Assembly: GCA_951406725.2 (NCBI GenBank)
Contig: OX597820.1
Span: forward strand, 92,628,001 to 92,692,000
Reading direction: 5' to 3'
Length of the DNA stretch: 64,000 nt
Origin: Octopus vulgaris
Taxonomy: Eukaryota
Part shown: positions 40,079-54,638 of the stretch, piece after piece
How the letters are laid out: each line of letters begins with the position of its first letter
Position numbering within the stretch: position 1 is the first letter of the stretch
Notes under the pieces: model-generated
Database searches by the model: none
The model's input: only the letters and a program-made list of their open reading frames with translations
What the model was told of the DNA's origin: nothing
Program-made: the position numbers and the translations under genes

Positions 40079-40314
40079 AGGCGGCGAGCTGGAAGAAACG
40101 TTAGTACGCCAGACGAAATGCTTAGAGTTATTTCGTCAGCTGTTACGTTCTGAGTTCAAATTCCGCCGAGGTCGACTTTGCCTTTCATCCTTTCGGGGTC
40201 GATTAAATAAGTACCAGTAACGCACTGGGTTCGATGTTATCGACTTAATCCGTTTGTCTGCCCTCGTTTGTCCCCTCTGTGTTTAGCCCATTGTGGGTAG
40301 TAAAGAAATAAGAA
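40079..40314 (+). mobile_element. SINE family C, full length, 13-bp TSD
   Basis: TSD AGCTTAATTTTCA at 40066-40078 and 40315-40327; B-box GAGTTCAAATTCC. Confidence 0.92.
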
Positions 40315-41071
40315 AGCTTAATTTTCATATTTATACTTTAGACGGCTCAACATCAATTATACAGTTAGTTATATATTATGAAAACATGGCGTGAATTAAA
40401 AGAACTAAACTCAATGTAAATATTATGTCTAGCTTTAGGTGAAACAAGAATAGAAACCCTTGCTGTCTTTGCATTTGGTATGCGAAAATAAAAGAAGGAA
40501 TCTCTTGATGTCAGCTTCCCTTTCGTTTACTGCCCCTGAAGGGAAACGCATCCTGACTTCAAGAGTAAAGAATATTCAGCTTGCGCTCTAGTGGATGGCT
40601 TCACTTATATAATTCTGCAGTTGATGGCTCCTCATAAACTGAGTCATATATAATGAGTCATCACAGAGATATCTAAAAGAAAACGCTGTTGGGGTTTAAA
40701 TAAGAAGGTAAATAGTTATGTACATAAAACCAAACCATACCCATCACTGACAAACAAGTATGGCATGGTAGCATATAATTCCTTTCTGTAATTGTTTCAT
40801 ATGTACTTGCCCTGTTAGATTCTCTTTCGAACTTCCAACATTTCACCATGCAGAATATCTAGGAAGTGACAAGTGACTGAAAGTAAGCTGTACAGTATTT
40901 AACTAGTACTGATTTGCAGCTAAAATAATGTCTGTCACTTGGTCACGAACATAGAACGCTGCCCGGAACTGGAATCGAACAATCAACTTGTGATCGTGAA
41001 CCCAAAATTTTAAAATCTAAACTACAAATGCATAGCTGCAGATACATAGATATAAATACATATATTGATGT

Positions 41072-41119
<48 letters not shown>

Positions 41120-41870
41120 AATAGTTCCCGGTATCAACAGGTTCCCAGACTATTGGGATGACAGTACACAGTTGCATGCGCATTGAGAGCTACAAGTGAC
41201 CTTCATAAAGCAGAGTGCAGTTGATATCACTGAGTTTATCTCACAATTTGAGAAATTTGTGTTCTGGAGATCACTTGTTTGCTGTAGTATGCGATTTTTT
41301 GAAATTTTGCGTTAGACGTCTGCTACAGAGATTGTGACCATGCTTCGGTAAGATTATGGTGATGATGCAATGAGTCGTACGCTATGTTTCGAGTGGCACA
41401 GACGCTTCAAAACCGGAAGAACGTCTCTGGAAGACGATGAGGGATCTGAAAGTGGATGAGTGATCTGGAAAACCAGCCACGAGTATCACCTCCGGATGTG
41501 TGGAGTCGGAAGACAATCAATGATGCTTTGAAGCACTTGAAGGAAGAGCGAAAGAACTGTATTCTTCAATGTACCCTCTCACCGAGATCTCCTCACTCGC
41601 TAAAAAAATACCGTATCGCTTCGGCGCTTGTAAAATTCCATCGCTTCACCAAGATGAAAATTCAACTCAAATGTCACTGTTTTAACACTGTTGTCGAGAT
41701 TAATAGCAAATCACAGAATGTTCACGACTAGCTTATGGAAAACGATGTCTAGGCCGTATTTCGAAATATTACAGGAAGGTTAGGGCCGGTGTATTACTAC
41801 ACAAGGTGAGTATTTCAAAGGTGATACTGTTAAAACTTAGGTAAATAAGTTATTTTTTATTAAACATAAC
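41120..41870 (+). mobile_element. Internally deleted mariner-like transposon
   Basis: YGDDAMSRTLCFEWHRRFKTGRTSLEDD (Mos1-type HTH) and C-terminal KMKIQLKCHCF...RCITTQGEYFKGD. Confidence 0.85.
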
Positions 41871-42234
41871 TATATATATGTATATGCATATTTTGATTAT
41901 ATATAAAAGTGAGAATGCATGCGTATCTGTGTGTATATTTTGTATGAATGTTTGTATATTTCTATAGTTATATGTATACATTTTATATATTTCAATTGAT
42001 TTGTATATATAAATGTTGTGAACATGCATGTTCACGTATACACCCGTATATATGTGTATATCAGTGTATATCGTTTCTGTGCCAATTCCCTTTCTTTTTC
42101 TTTTCCTTTCCGTGTGTATTTTCGTGTTTTATTTTCATTTTTCTTATATTGTTCTTCCTTTTCTTCGTCTTCGTCAATAGATATATTTTCCCATTTATTT
42201 TATCTCACTCCATATATATATATAAATAGGGAGG

Positions 42235-42806
42235 GCAGCGTCTAATAAATCGACCTAGTGTTCAAATAGAAGTTATATTATCGACCCCGAAAAGTTGAAA
42301 GACAAAGTCAATCCCAATGGTATTTGAACTCAGAGCGTAAAGACGAACGAACAGCTACTAAACAATGTGCCCGGCGTGCTAACGATTCTTATTTCTTTCT
42401 TGCCGACAAGGAGCTAAACATAAAGGGGACAAACAAGGACATACACAGGTATTAAGTCGATTACATCGACCCCAGTGCGGAATTGGTACTTAATTTAATC
42501 GACCCCGAAAGGATGAAAGGCAAATTCGACCTTGGTGGAATTTGAACTCAGAATGTAACGGCAGACGAAATAACTATCTCTTTACTACCCACAAGGGGCT
42601 ACATATAGAGAGGACAAACAAAGACGGACAAACGGATTAGGTCGATTATATCGATCCCAGTGCGTAACTGGTACTTATTTAATCGACCACGAAAGGATGA
42701 AAGGCAAAATCGACCTCGGCGGAACTTGAACTCAGAACGTAACGGCAGATGAAATACGGCTACGCATTTCGCCAGCGTGCTATCGTTTCTGCCAGCTCGC
42801 CGCCTT
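42235..42806 (-). mobile_element. Three nested/tandem SINE family C copies
   Basis: Three iterations of GACCCCGAAAGGATGAAAGGCAAA..GAACTCAGA in the same orientation. Confidence 0.88.
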
Positions 42807-43163
42807 AGTCCACATATATTTTCAGACCGACGCTGCAATTCAAACAAACGTGTGTCTGTGTGTTAATGTGCGTGTATGCGTGCGCGCAAGCGAGCGTGTG
42901 ATTGCGTATGCCTTGTTATATGCCTCTGAGTATCCTGTTCATTAATATTTTTGCTTGCAGGCACATTGCCCCCCGTCACTTACACCTCTACTTTCACCTC
43001 TATCCCGCCCCCATGGCTATACGCCTTTCCTTCGTCTACTGGCACCGTCCCACTAACCTACTGATACCACGCCATCACTATGCATCTATCATCACTTTCG
43101 TCGCTTTCAATAGATGCTTCCCTCAACGCCATCATTTTAGATACTGTTTATCCACCCACCAGT

Positions 43164-43545
43164 GGAGGCGCAATGGCCCAGTGGTTAGGGCAGCGGACTC
43201 GCGGTCGTAGGATCGTGGTTTCGATTCCCAGACCGGGCGTTGTGAGTGTTTATTGAGCGAAAACATCTAAAGCTCCACGGGGCTCCGGCAGGGATGGTGG
43301 TGATCCCTGCTGTACTCTTTCACCACAACTTTCTCTCACTCTTACTTCTTGTTTCTGTTGTACCTGTATTTCAAAGGGCCAGCCTTATCACTCTCTGTGT
43401 CACGCTGAATATCCCCAAGAACTATGTTAAGGGTACACGTGTCTGTGGAGTGCTCAGTCACTTACACGTTAATTTCACGAGCAGGCTGTTCCGTTGATCG
43501 GATCAACCGGAACCCTCATCGTCATAACCGATGGAGTGCTTCCAC
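43164..43545 (+). mobile_element. SINE family B, full length, 11-bp TSD
   Basis: tRNA-like head GGCGCAATGGCCCAGTGGTTAGGGCAGCGGACTCGCGG...TTCGATTCCC; TSD ATCCACCCACC at 43150-43160 and 43546-43556. Confidence 0.92.
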
Positions 43546-43825
43546 ATCCACCCACCTTTCCAGTCACCACGACTTGTCATAGATGCATCCATTTTATACT
43601 TTTTCTATATATCTATTCTGAAGTTTCATATTTAAATGGCTGAAACGTAAAAGTTTCCTTAGTCCTAACAAAGCCGTCGGGTGAAACAAAATATTTTTTG
43701 CCAGACTCATAGGTATGGATTGACATACATACATACACATATATGTATCTGTGTGTGTGTGAGTATATATAATATATATATATGTATATATACATGCATA
43801 TATACATATATATTTATACACACAC

Positions 43826-43864
<39 letters not shown>

Positions 43865-45006
43865 CAGGATGTCCCAAAAAGATGTATACACACTTTAGCA
43901 GCTGATATCTCAACTGATGTTTATTTTTTCCAGATTAAACATAGTGGATTTTATGATGGCAATCAGACTAAGCTTTGAACAAAGGAAATTCATTTTAAAG
44001 GAAAACACCACGCCAGGAAGTTTGAAAACGCAGTTGAAGTGCAAGGACAGTTTAGGAGGAAGTTCCAAACAGTTCTACCAACGCGACTTACTATCATTCA
44101 AATCAGATATAAGTTTGGAACCGATGGAACTATTCAGACAGTCTGTGAGAAGCGTTCCGGAAGGCCACGAACATCGACAACCACCACAAAGCAAGAAGGA
44201 TTGCTGGAAACGTATCACCAAAGTCCCAGAAAATTTGTGCGGTAAGCGATTTGTGAGGTAGGTATTTCAAAATCTTTTGTCCAACGCATTTTAAACCATT
44301 GTCATAGGAAAAGTTACGTACCAAGATTAGTCCCATGCTGTTTACGACAATGATTCAGACTGAAGAGTACGGTATTGCGAGTGATACTTGGCACGATGTG
44401 TAGAAAATGAACACTTTCCAACAAAGATTGTGTGTAGTGATGAGGCCACATTCAAAGTAAATTGTTCAATTAACAGTGACATTTGCACCAACTGGAGACT
44501 TGAGAATCCGCATGTTATGGTGGAACCCCATGTTACTTTCCCTGGAGTTGCAGTGTGGTGCGGCTTATCAGCAAGAGGATATATTGGACAATTCCTTTTT
44601 TGACGCTACCTTGACTGGTCCTGTTTACTTGAACTTGCTGGAAAAGTGTATCTTGCCAAGCATTAGAGAAGACTTTGAAGCTGAGGAGTTTTCTTTTTCA
44701 GCAAGATAGGGCAAACCCACACTACCCTCGCGATGTTAGCTCTTTCCTTGTTAAGATCTTGCCAAAACAAGTGGATTGGACGAGTATGCACACAAATACC
44801 AAACGAATTGTTTCGTAATGTTTGCGATTCCATTGCTTCGCGTTGTCATCAATTCCTAGACCAGAACGAACGTCAGTTTGAAGGCAGACGTTGACAAAAC
44901 AATAAAATAATGTGTGTGGATTCTATTAAATTTTTAAATGGAAATGTATTTTAATAAACATATAATTTACAATTATTTAAAATGTGTATACATTTTTTGG
45001 AACATC

Positions 45007-45007
<1 letters not shown>
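43865..45007 (+). mobile_element. Tc1/mariner-superfamily transposon with pseudogenised transposase
   Basis: Imperfect TIRs (GATGTCCCAAAAAGATGTATACAC / GTGTATACATTTTTTGGAACATC), TA flanks; fragments [36 protein letters not shown]. Confidence 0.9.
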
Positions 45008-45070
<63 letters not shown>

Positions 45071-46617
45071 GGGGCTGCATATATGTGTGTATATATATAT
45101 ATAAAGTTATCGAACATATTTTGTTCGTCATTTATAATTTGTTTGGAACCAACGACAACACCTCGAAATTCACCAAAGTTTCCAGAAGTTGTCGGTCGTA
45201 TCATCTGCATTCAATCTTTTTTAGTAGTATTTTTTTATTGCCACTTTATGCTATCCAGGAATCACGGCAATGATATTGCGTTAAAGATAAAGCCGTTATC
45301 ACTGGATTTGAAACATTTCACAGCTTGTATCAATATATTTTTTTCCTCCATCGAGAATGTGTTATGTTTTTGTGTTTTCATATCACTATTAATAACACTT
45401 CCCATGACTAATCTAGGTTTCTAGAAATTCAATATAAAATAGTTTTTATCAACAAATATTTTTCTATTTTTTTATTTTCTAATGATCGTCAACATGTCTT
45501 ATTTTCACCTGACGTGGTGTTTCCTTTTCAAAATTCCCCATGTGATATGAAATCTGAATATTTCATTAGATTTGATTAGATATATGATTAAATTTTGGAC
45601 AGTTTAATCCCTAGCTTAAATCATTGCATTTCACCTCCTCTGCTACATCTGTTACAAAAGTCAAGCGCAGCATATGTTTTTCTTTTTTCATTTGCTGAGC
45701 CTGTATGAAGACTGACTCAGTATGCATTACCTTCGAATGTCGGTGAGACTGATTCCGTTATGACTCCGCTTGGACTGTTAAACGTTAAAAACTGGAAAAA
45801 GACGAATAATAATAATAATGATAATAAAACATGAACAATGAAGCAATTTCAAAAGGCCGAATTTCCATTGCTAGTGTATTGAGTGTACTAGTTAGAGTTG
45901 AGAAGAGCAGCAATTACTTTTACTAAAACATGGGAGCCTTATAACATATCAAAAACAAAAACAGAAAAGATAAAGTAGTTTCGTTTTCTTCATTATTTAG
46001 CGACAGAAAAACGATTTTACACGTTTGAGAAGTTATATCGAACGTCGTTGCATTCATGTTGCACCAAAAAAAAAAAGAAAGAATGAAACATAAGTGATAT
46101 CAAGTTTTATATATATATTAAACTACTATTTGAAATATTGATTTAGCTTTTGTTGAAAATACGTCTTGCTGCTGAGTTGCCTTACTACTAGTATAACTTC
46201 ACAAAGTTACATAAATTATCGTACCATTTTGCCCCACGGCGCAATCGTTTTCTTTCACTTTGTGAACTGTCTTTATTTCCTCTCTGCCGACAAAAGCCAT
46301 CATTGCCCTCCGCGGATTCTACTCTTTCAGTGACCACTCATACTTTGATGTACAAGAACTGTTAAGTGCAGAAATGGTAAAGGCACAGACAAACTGCTGA
46401 GGGGTGTTTAGTTCCGTTCGCTTACTGTACGTAACTTAAAGACCGTTGCAGTAGACTTTGTTTATACCCTTTCAAGAGCGATAAAAAAAGAGTAACGGTC
46501 AAGTATTTGATTCGATTTGATTATTCCTTGAGCCGATGTTAACAATCAATATTATTAATACGATTATATTTTTTCGATATATTTATCACCAGTGCTAGAC
46601 ATCAAAACAGTCTTAAT

Positions 46618-47250
46618 ATTGGTTTCAAATGTTGGCACAAAGCCAGCATGTTCGAGGAAGGGGTTATATGTCGATTGCATCGGCCCCAGTGCTCGATTCT
46701 TATTTATTTCATTGACTCCAAAAGGATGAAAGGCAAAGTGGATTACAGAGGAATTTGAACTCAGATCATAAAGACGAACGAAATGCAGTTAAGCATTTGC
46801 CCGTTTAGGTAACGATTCTGTGATCTTGGGTGTTCTTGTAAGTATTGATGTCAGCTTTTGGCACAAGGCCAGCAAGTTCGCTGATGAAGCTATGTCAGTT
46901 ACATCGACTCCCAGTGCTCAGTTGTGATTTCCTTTATCGAACTCCGGAAGAGGTGAAATGAAGCATCGACCTCGGCTGGAATTAAACTAAGACCGTAAAG
47001 ACGGACGAAATGCAGCTTAGCATCTTGCCCGATTGGCAACGATTCTGTTATCACACCGCCTTTCTGTACGTAAAAAAATTGGTTTCAAATTTGGGCACAA
47101 AGCCAGCAATTTTATGGTTGAGGTTGTAAGTCGATTACATCGACCCCAAAACTCAACAGATACTCATTTTATACGTCGTCGAAAGGGGTGAAAGGCAGCC
47201 AACACCGGCAGAATTTGAACTCAGAGTGTAAAAGAGGGACGAAATTACTC
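46618..47250 (-). mobile_element. Three tandem old family C-related SINEs
   Basis: Repeated GGTTTCAAAT.TTGGCACAA.GCCAGCA...CATCGACCCC...GAACTCAGA units. Confidence 0.8.
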
Positions 47251-47450
47251 TAAGCCTAGACTAATAAATCTGCTTAAAATGTCATGCGCAGTGCTGTATA
47301 TGATTTTCTTTTTCACTTGCTAGCCCTGGATGAAAGTGTTTTTTACATTGCCTTCGAATGTCGTTCTACCTTAAAATAGAGAAAACTTGACATCACTTTT
47401 GTAAGTTTTGGAGTAACATGACTGCAATGATGTTCGAAATAGCTTCTCAT

Positions 47451-47864
47451 AGGCTCAGGAGTGGCCGTGTGGTAAGTAGCTTGCTTATCAACCACATGGT
47501 TCTGGGCTCAGTCTCACTGCGTGGCACCTTGGGCAAGTGTCTTCAACTATAGCCTCGGGCCGACCAAATCCTTGTGAGTGAATTTGGTAGATGGGAACTG
47601 AAAGAAGCCTCTCGTATATATGTATATATATATATCTGTGTGTGCGTGTGTGTTTGTGTGTCTTGGTTTGTTCCCCCAGCATCTCTTGACAACCGATGCT
47701 GGTGTGTTTACGTCCCCGTAACTTAGCCGTTCAGCAAAAGAGAACGATAGAATAAGTATTAGGCTTACGAAGAATAAGTCCTGGGATCGATTTACTCGAC
47801 TATAGGCGGTGCTCCAGCATGGCTGCAATCAGATAACTGAAACAATTAAAAGAGTAAAAGAGTA
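47451..47864 (+). mobile_element. SINE family A
   Basis: Full-length match to the other family A copies. Confidence 0.9.
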
Positions 47865-48588
47865 CACGTATAAAATCGTTTTAGTGTCACTAAATAATGA
47901 AGAAAACAAGACTAGTTCATTTATTTCCGTTCTTTTGATAAGTTACGAGGCTCCCATATTTAAGTAAAAGTAATTACTACTCCTATCTACACTAACTAGT
48001 ACATTCAATACTCCAACACAGAATCTTCAGCCTCCAAGATTGTTTCATTGTCCCTGTGTTATTATTATATATTTTCTTTTTTCCAGGCTCTAACGTGGTT
48101 CCAAGCTGAACCATAACAGAATCAGTCTCACCAATCTCAGGTGACGTTCGAAGGTAACGTATACTACGTTTTCATCCAGGCCCAGCAAATGAAAGAAAAA
48201 ACATGTATTATACTATGCATGACTTTTCTAACAGATTTAGCAGTGTCAGTGAAATGATAACGATTCTGACAGCTCGCCACCTTTGTTTGTATAAACAGTG
48301 ATTTCAAATTTGTGCACGAAGCCAACAGTTTTTGGGGAGAGGGTAAACAGATTGCGTACTTATCAAATGGTACTTATTTTATCAAGTGGTACCTCCGGGA
48401 AGATAAAAAGCAAAGTCGACCGTGGCAAAATTTTATCGTAGAACATAAAGATGGATGAATTACCACTGAGCACTTCGCCCGGCGTGCTAAAGACTCTCCT
48501 AGTTCACTGCCTTTTTACGTATAAATATTTCTTTTATTCTTTTATTCACTGCCTTTGTACGTATAAATATTTATTTTATTATTTTATT

Positions 48589-48933
48589 TGTTTCAGTCAT
48601 TTGACTGCGACCATACTGGAGCACTACCTTTTTTTTGTCGAGCAAATCGACCTCACGACTTATTATTTGTAAGCCTAGTACTTATTCTATTGGTCTGTTT
48701 TGCCGAACCGCTAAGTTACGTGGTGGGGCCAAACACAGACACACAAACACATACACAAACATACATATATATAACGGGCTTGTTTCAGTTTCCGTCTACC
48801 AAATCCACTCACAAGACTTTGGTCGGCCCGAGCTATGGTAGAAGGTACTTGCCCAAGGAGCCACGCAGTGGGACTGAATCCCAAACCATGTGGTTGGTAA
48901 GCAAGCTACTTACCACATAGCCACTCCTGCGCC
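48589..48933 (-). mobile_element. SINE family A with internal deletion
   Basis: Reverse-complement match to family A. Confidence 0.88.
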
Positions 48934-50254
48934 AATCAAAACATTTTTTTTATATTCTTGAGTGTCATTATTAGTCTAAAATAATCACATTCAGACGTTT
49001 GACTATTGTTATCATTTTATATAATACAATAAATATATATACCAGAAAAAGCAAACCTCCAGACTAATTACTTGAATTAATTCCATTCTGCTGGACCATG
49101 ATTTCAAACCCCATGCCAAATGAACTCGCTCGCTGTATGTGATTAACGAATTTAAAACCTGTACCATACTGGTTCTAACCATTCTAATACACGTATTTCC
49201 TTACAAAAATTTGCTTCATGTCACTGCGATAAATCCTTATTACATAAAAGGTAAAAGCCCTAAATTTCACAGCCTTTTCAACATGTGGTTTCCTTACACT
49301 CTCGATGACATATATGTGGGTGGCTGTTATTGCATACGCAGATATTTCGCTCGTGATAGTTGTCAATTTATTGTAGTAAATACCATTTCCTATAATAGAA
49401 ATTCTTCTTACTCTTCATCATATATGAAGAAATACCAAGGTAACAGCACAAGACATTTATGCACCACGAAAGTCATGTTCGATAAAGAAATGTATTGTAT
49501 ACAAAGCAGAATCACAGATTCTTTTTTCTGAAAATACACATCACCATCGTAACCACACTCTAAAACGACGTGTTTTGAAACAGTGTGAGAACCCATCTGA
49601 GGGGAAAATATTCTATCAGCAAGTTTATTTCGCACATATATTTTCTTTGCTCCTGTCGTTTATAAATGCATGAACTGTGTCGGTGTGGGTCTCTGTTTTA
49701 CTTCTGTCTACAAATGTATTTTTTTCAGTGTGCATGTTTCAGTTATATCGGCTTTTTTTTTTCATACCTTTGATATTCTTTTTTTCGATATTCTTATCCG
49801 TTTCACGTTTCACAGATGCTTTTCATTTGTTAACGCTTTTGCTTCACTAAAATATATATACATATATATATATATGCATGTGTGTGCGTGAGAGAGAGAG
49901 AGAGAGAGCAGGTACTTGCATGTGTGTACGTGTTAGTGCACATTCGTTTCTATTTCTATATTTACATCTGCAAATCTATATATGCATGCATATAAAATTT
50001 TGTATATATTATATGTACATGGCATGTGCGTATTTATGTGTATATGTATATGTGTGCGCTCATGTATGTATACATATATATAGTAATACAGGTGAAAAAG
50101 TGTGAATTTAGATTCGTCCTTTAATTCGGAGGTTTCTAATATATATATATGAAAGAGTCTTTAACGTTTCGAGCCTACGCTCTTCCACAGAAAGGAACAC
50201 AGAAAGAAACAAGGAGAGAAAATAAAGAATGCGTAGAGGCTAGCGATCTATCAC

Positions 50255-50285
<31 letters not shown>

Positions 50286-50361
50286 TGTATCATATATATA
50301 TATATATATATCATATGCATATATATATATATGTATATATATCAGATGCATATATATATAT

Positions 50362-50393
<32 letters not shown>

Positions 50394-50414
50394 ATATATG
50401 TATATATATCATAA

Positions 50415-50490
<76 letters not shown>

Positions 50491-51702
50491 ATATATCAAC
50501 GTACTGAATAACTAGAGTTCATATAATTTGTTTGCTTGAAACTGAGGATTCTTGACTGGTTTTTGTTGCCTATTTTCCAAGCAGTTATATCAAGAAACCA
50601 GTATGACAATAAAGAAGCAAATTTTTTTATATACACAGAAAATAAGGTTAGTTATCGAGATTCGAGTGGCTTTAAAACAATCATTATCCATTTACCAATT
50701 CAAGCATCGTATGTAGAACACGCGATATGGTTATGTATTTACACGCAACATCACATGTTGGGTATCATATATGTATATCATGCAATTCAAGGAATTTGGC
50801 TATTTCTAATAAATAGCTAATGCTGATAAATAAATGTGCATTTTAATATTACATCGACTCCGGCTCACAAGTGGTAATTATTCTATCGAATCCGAGAGGC
50901 ACGAAGGGCAAAGTCGACACCGGCAGAAATTGAACTCAGAGTGTAAAAGAGGGACGAAATGCTGCCAGGTATTTTACTCGGTGTACTAACAATAATACTG
51001 TTGAAATTGTCTGCAACAACTCGATAACCGTCAAACAAAAACAGTCCAAAAATGTTGATGATAAGCGGCACTATATTTTAATTCCTGATAAATTAAAATG
51101 ATGTGTTTTTGTGATGCGTATATTCTCAGTACCTCAACAGGTGCAATATTTGGTGAATAACTGACCCATTTAATTTTAATGCAGCTGCGTCACTGCGGAC
51201 AATCTTTGTTAGAAAGTCTGCACCTCATAAAATTCTTACCACATACACTCACAAAACTCCTCTCTCTACTCTGATTTTCTCCATTGAAGATTATGGATTA
51301 TTTTTGGAAATTGGCAGGACTTCAAATTGCAATGGACGCTTGATTTTGATATTCCTGTTTCAAGGAACCGCACACATTGTCTTGGTAACACATTTCTAGT
51401 ACCTGTACTCGATCGTGGGTTTGTCGATGACTGCAGTATTCATGTAGTCATTCTGAACTAACTACACATTTATCTCTGATTCGAGTGGTGATAAGAAGCG
51501 TAGATGGATCTGTCTGAATCACCTCCTAAAATTGTCTTTGCATTTTGATTATCTTTAGTAAGTTCCTATAGCACTTCAGAACAATTGTCCTTTGTTCAAA
51601 GCTCAGTGTGGCCCTCTTCCTTATTGCCTATGTGTTAAAACACAAAAGAAATTACAACTGCGCTATCAGCTGTTAAATACGTTATAAATTTCTTGTAAAA
51701 CA

Positions 51703-51824
<122 letters not shown>

Positions 51825-52915
51825 TGATAAAGAGAGAACGGGAGCAAGAAAGAGAGAGGAGAGAGAGAATACACTATTGACTTATGTTCGATAAGGAAAG
51901 CTTCAGTATCTAGTCACTTAGGTGATGCTTCTCTTGCTATTTAGTGCTGAAGAGAACTAAGGTGTTCGAAAGGCACTAGAGAGCCTACTGTGAGGACTTC
52001 GATATTCAAACACCTTTCTGTCTTAGGCGCGATTGTTTCCCTGCAGCGAACAGCATTGAAAAGCAATTACAGGTCCAAATTGCACTTAGACATATATCAG
52101 CTGGTCTCGAGTTTTTTCATTCTCTGTCACTGCTTCACGCACTTACACATGAATATATACATATATATGTATGTATGTAAGTATGTATGTATATATTATG
52201 TATGTATGTATGTATGTATGTATGTATGTATGCATGTATGTATGTATGTACGTATGTATGTATGCATGTATGCATGTATGTATTTATGCATGTATGTATG
52301 TATGTATGTATGTATGTATGTACACAAACCACGCCCATATATAATGAAAATCCCTCTGAAACACTTATTGGTAATAGTTCATTTTGCTGAAAAACACGAT
52401 CTGGTTGTGCATGCGTTGTGATCAAGGAAAATACAGTAGTAACAGTTGTGTGCCGAGAAGAGCAAAACACTAAAAATATGGCATGTTCTGGCGTGACATA
52501 CTACCTACTACAGTCAATATGAGAATGAGTGCAGATAACTGCTGTACAATCCCACGCGGAGTGGAGAATAAGGTCTGAAGTGGGGGCAAATAACAAAATT
52601 CCATTAGGGTATCATACTAAATGAAGTGGATACCGTTTCTTGAACCAGATGATAAATATGACCAATGCTTCGTAATGAGCTAGTTCTGAATGTACTGCAC
52701 AGCAACATATATATCAACGAAGAAAGTGTGTATGAATAATATCTAAAATATTTCTAACATTACGAGAAAAACGGATTCAAAACAACATAGATTTATTTTG
52801 ACGTCCATATAAACATACCCACAAAGCACCAATCCTAAAATCAAATGATTTCAGATTGAATATTTCATGCATATATGCATACATACATACACATAAACAC
52901 ACATACATACACAAA

Positions 52916-53005
<90 letters not shown>

Positions 53006-53174
53006 TAATATCATTTAAGTATATATGAGCGTGTCTAGATATGCAAGTATGATATATTCATGGGAGGACATACACGAAACAAAGCATACAAATCTGCACG
53101 CATGCATACATATATGCAAATGTATGTACATTTATACGTTTGTTTATATATATGCACATATCTGTATGTAGATA

Positions 53175-53221
<47 letters not shown>

Positions 53222-53380
53222 GTATATATATGCATATATGTATGGTTATATGTATGTGTATATATGTATATATATATGTATATATATGTATGCATGTATA
53301 TGTATATGTCTGTATATACATATATATATATATATGTATAGATATGTATATATATACATATTTATATATATACATATGTA

Positions 53381-53415
<35 letters not shown>

Positions 53416-53419
<4 letters not shown>

Positions 53420-54625
53420 ACGAAACGGAATCCCCCCGTCGTCGCTCGCCCGAACGGCTCACACAAGTTCCGCCACGGAACCCAAAGAGGCGGAGAGAGG
53501 AGAGATACAGATAGATACTGCCACAACATCAACAGCACAGAGATACAGAGGCACAACCCGAGATACAACCCAAAGAGGCAAGGCAACAACTGGCAACACT
53601 GGCTTATATTCAAACAACAGTTTATACGACAATTACAATGTTACAACATCAAGATACATCAAAGCATGCACGTGACTACTCAATACATAATACAACATCA
53701 TGTAACAATATATCAGTCCGGAGACGCAACAAGTCATATACAGTATTTCAAAGGTACACGTCCGAAGACACAGTTCTCTAAAGTCTCTTTTTCTAAACAT
53801 CACAAATAACGTCACATCAACAAGTCCTTTACTCTTCAATTCACAATGTCCTTTATCGACTATATCGACAGAGTCCTTGTTTTTAAACACCACTGTTCTT
53901 TACACCGTGACACATATCAATGCACAAAACACATACCTCAATTCTCAATTGAATCTGCCAGTGTCCCATTCCTCTCAATCCTGCTAATTCCTCTGATTAC
54001 TGCCAATTCCTCTGCATACTGCTAATTCCTTCTGTACATATCCCAATCAGTGCCGCCAAGCCTCCGCATCCCAGCTTGCTCCCAAGAATTCCAACGCTTC
54101 CAAGATTCCATCTACTCGCTCTGACTTCCAGAATCCCACTGTCTTCTTCGAGGACCGGCCAACGACTGCCAGATCCGTCTGTGTTCTTCGACGACCGCTC
54201 AACGACCCCCCGACCTCACTTCGTCTCTGTCCTTCTTCCACTCCCCTCATCTCCCTCTGTCTATATCGCTCTTACCCTTTCTAATTGCTATCTGATTCCT
54301 TACTCTATCTATATCGCCTACTGTCTCTTAGCCTCTCTATCTGCTCTCTGATCCCTTAGCCTCTCTATCTGTCCCTTTTCTCTTACTGTCAATACCCTCT
54401 CCATCTGTTCTTAGATTCCCTTAATCTGTCTTCCTCTTTCACTTCTTCAAGGGGTGCTCAGAATGACCTCCAATCGACCGCACAAGGTCAGAAAGGTCTC
54501 ATTAATCTCCCACTAGACAAAGGACCCGTCACTTTTCACCAGACATACTGGAACCATTATTCCTATGTGGGTCACCAGAAACACTACACTAATTAAACCC
54601 GAAATGCACTTAGCCAACCGTAACA
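53416..54625 (-). repeat. 3' LTR
   Basis: TGTTACG...CGTAACA with 7-bp terminal inverted repeats; I found four differences from the other LTR. Confidence 0.97.
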
Positions 54626-54638
54626 CTACCCCCTACCT
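54626..54638 (-). other. Polypurine tract
   Basis: Minus strand AGGTAGGGGGTAG immediately before the 3' LTR. Confidence 0.85.

Noticed and set aside
43164-43240. tRNA gene
   Set aside because: The tRNA-like sequence continues into a SINE body bounded by TSDs and has no proper acceptor stem.
49139-49531. 130-aa non-repetitive ORF with a hydrophobic N-terminus
   Set aside because: It starts at GTG with an in-frame stop just upstream, and has no domain or convincing splice sites that I can see.
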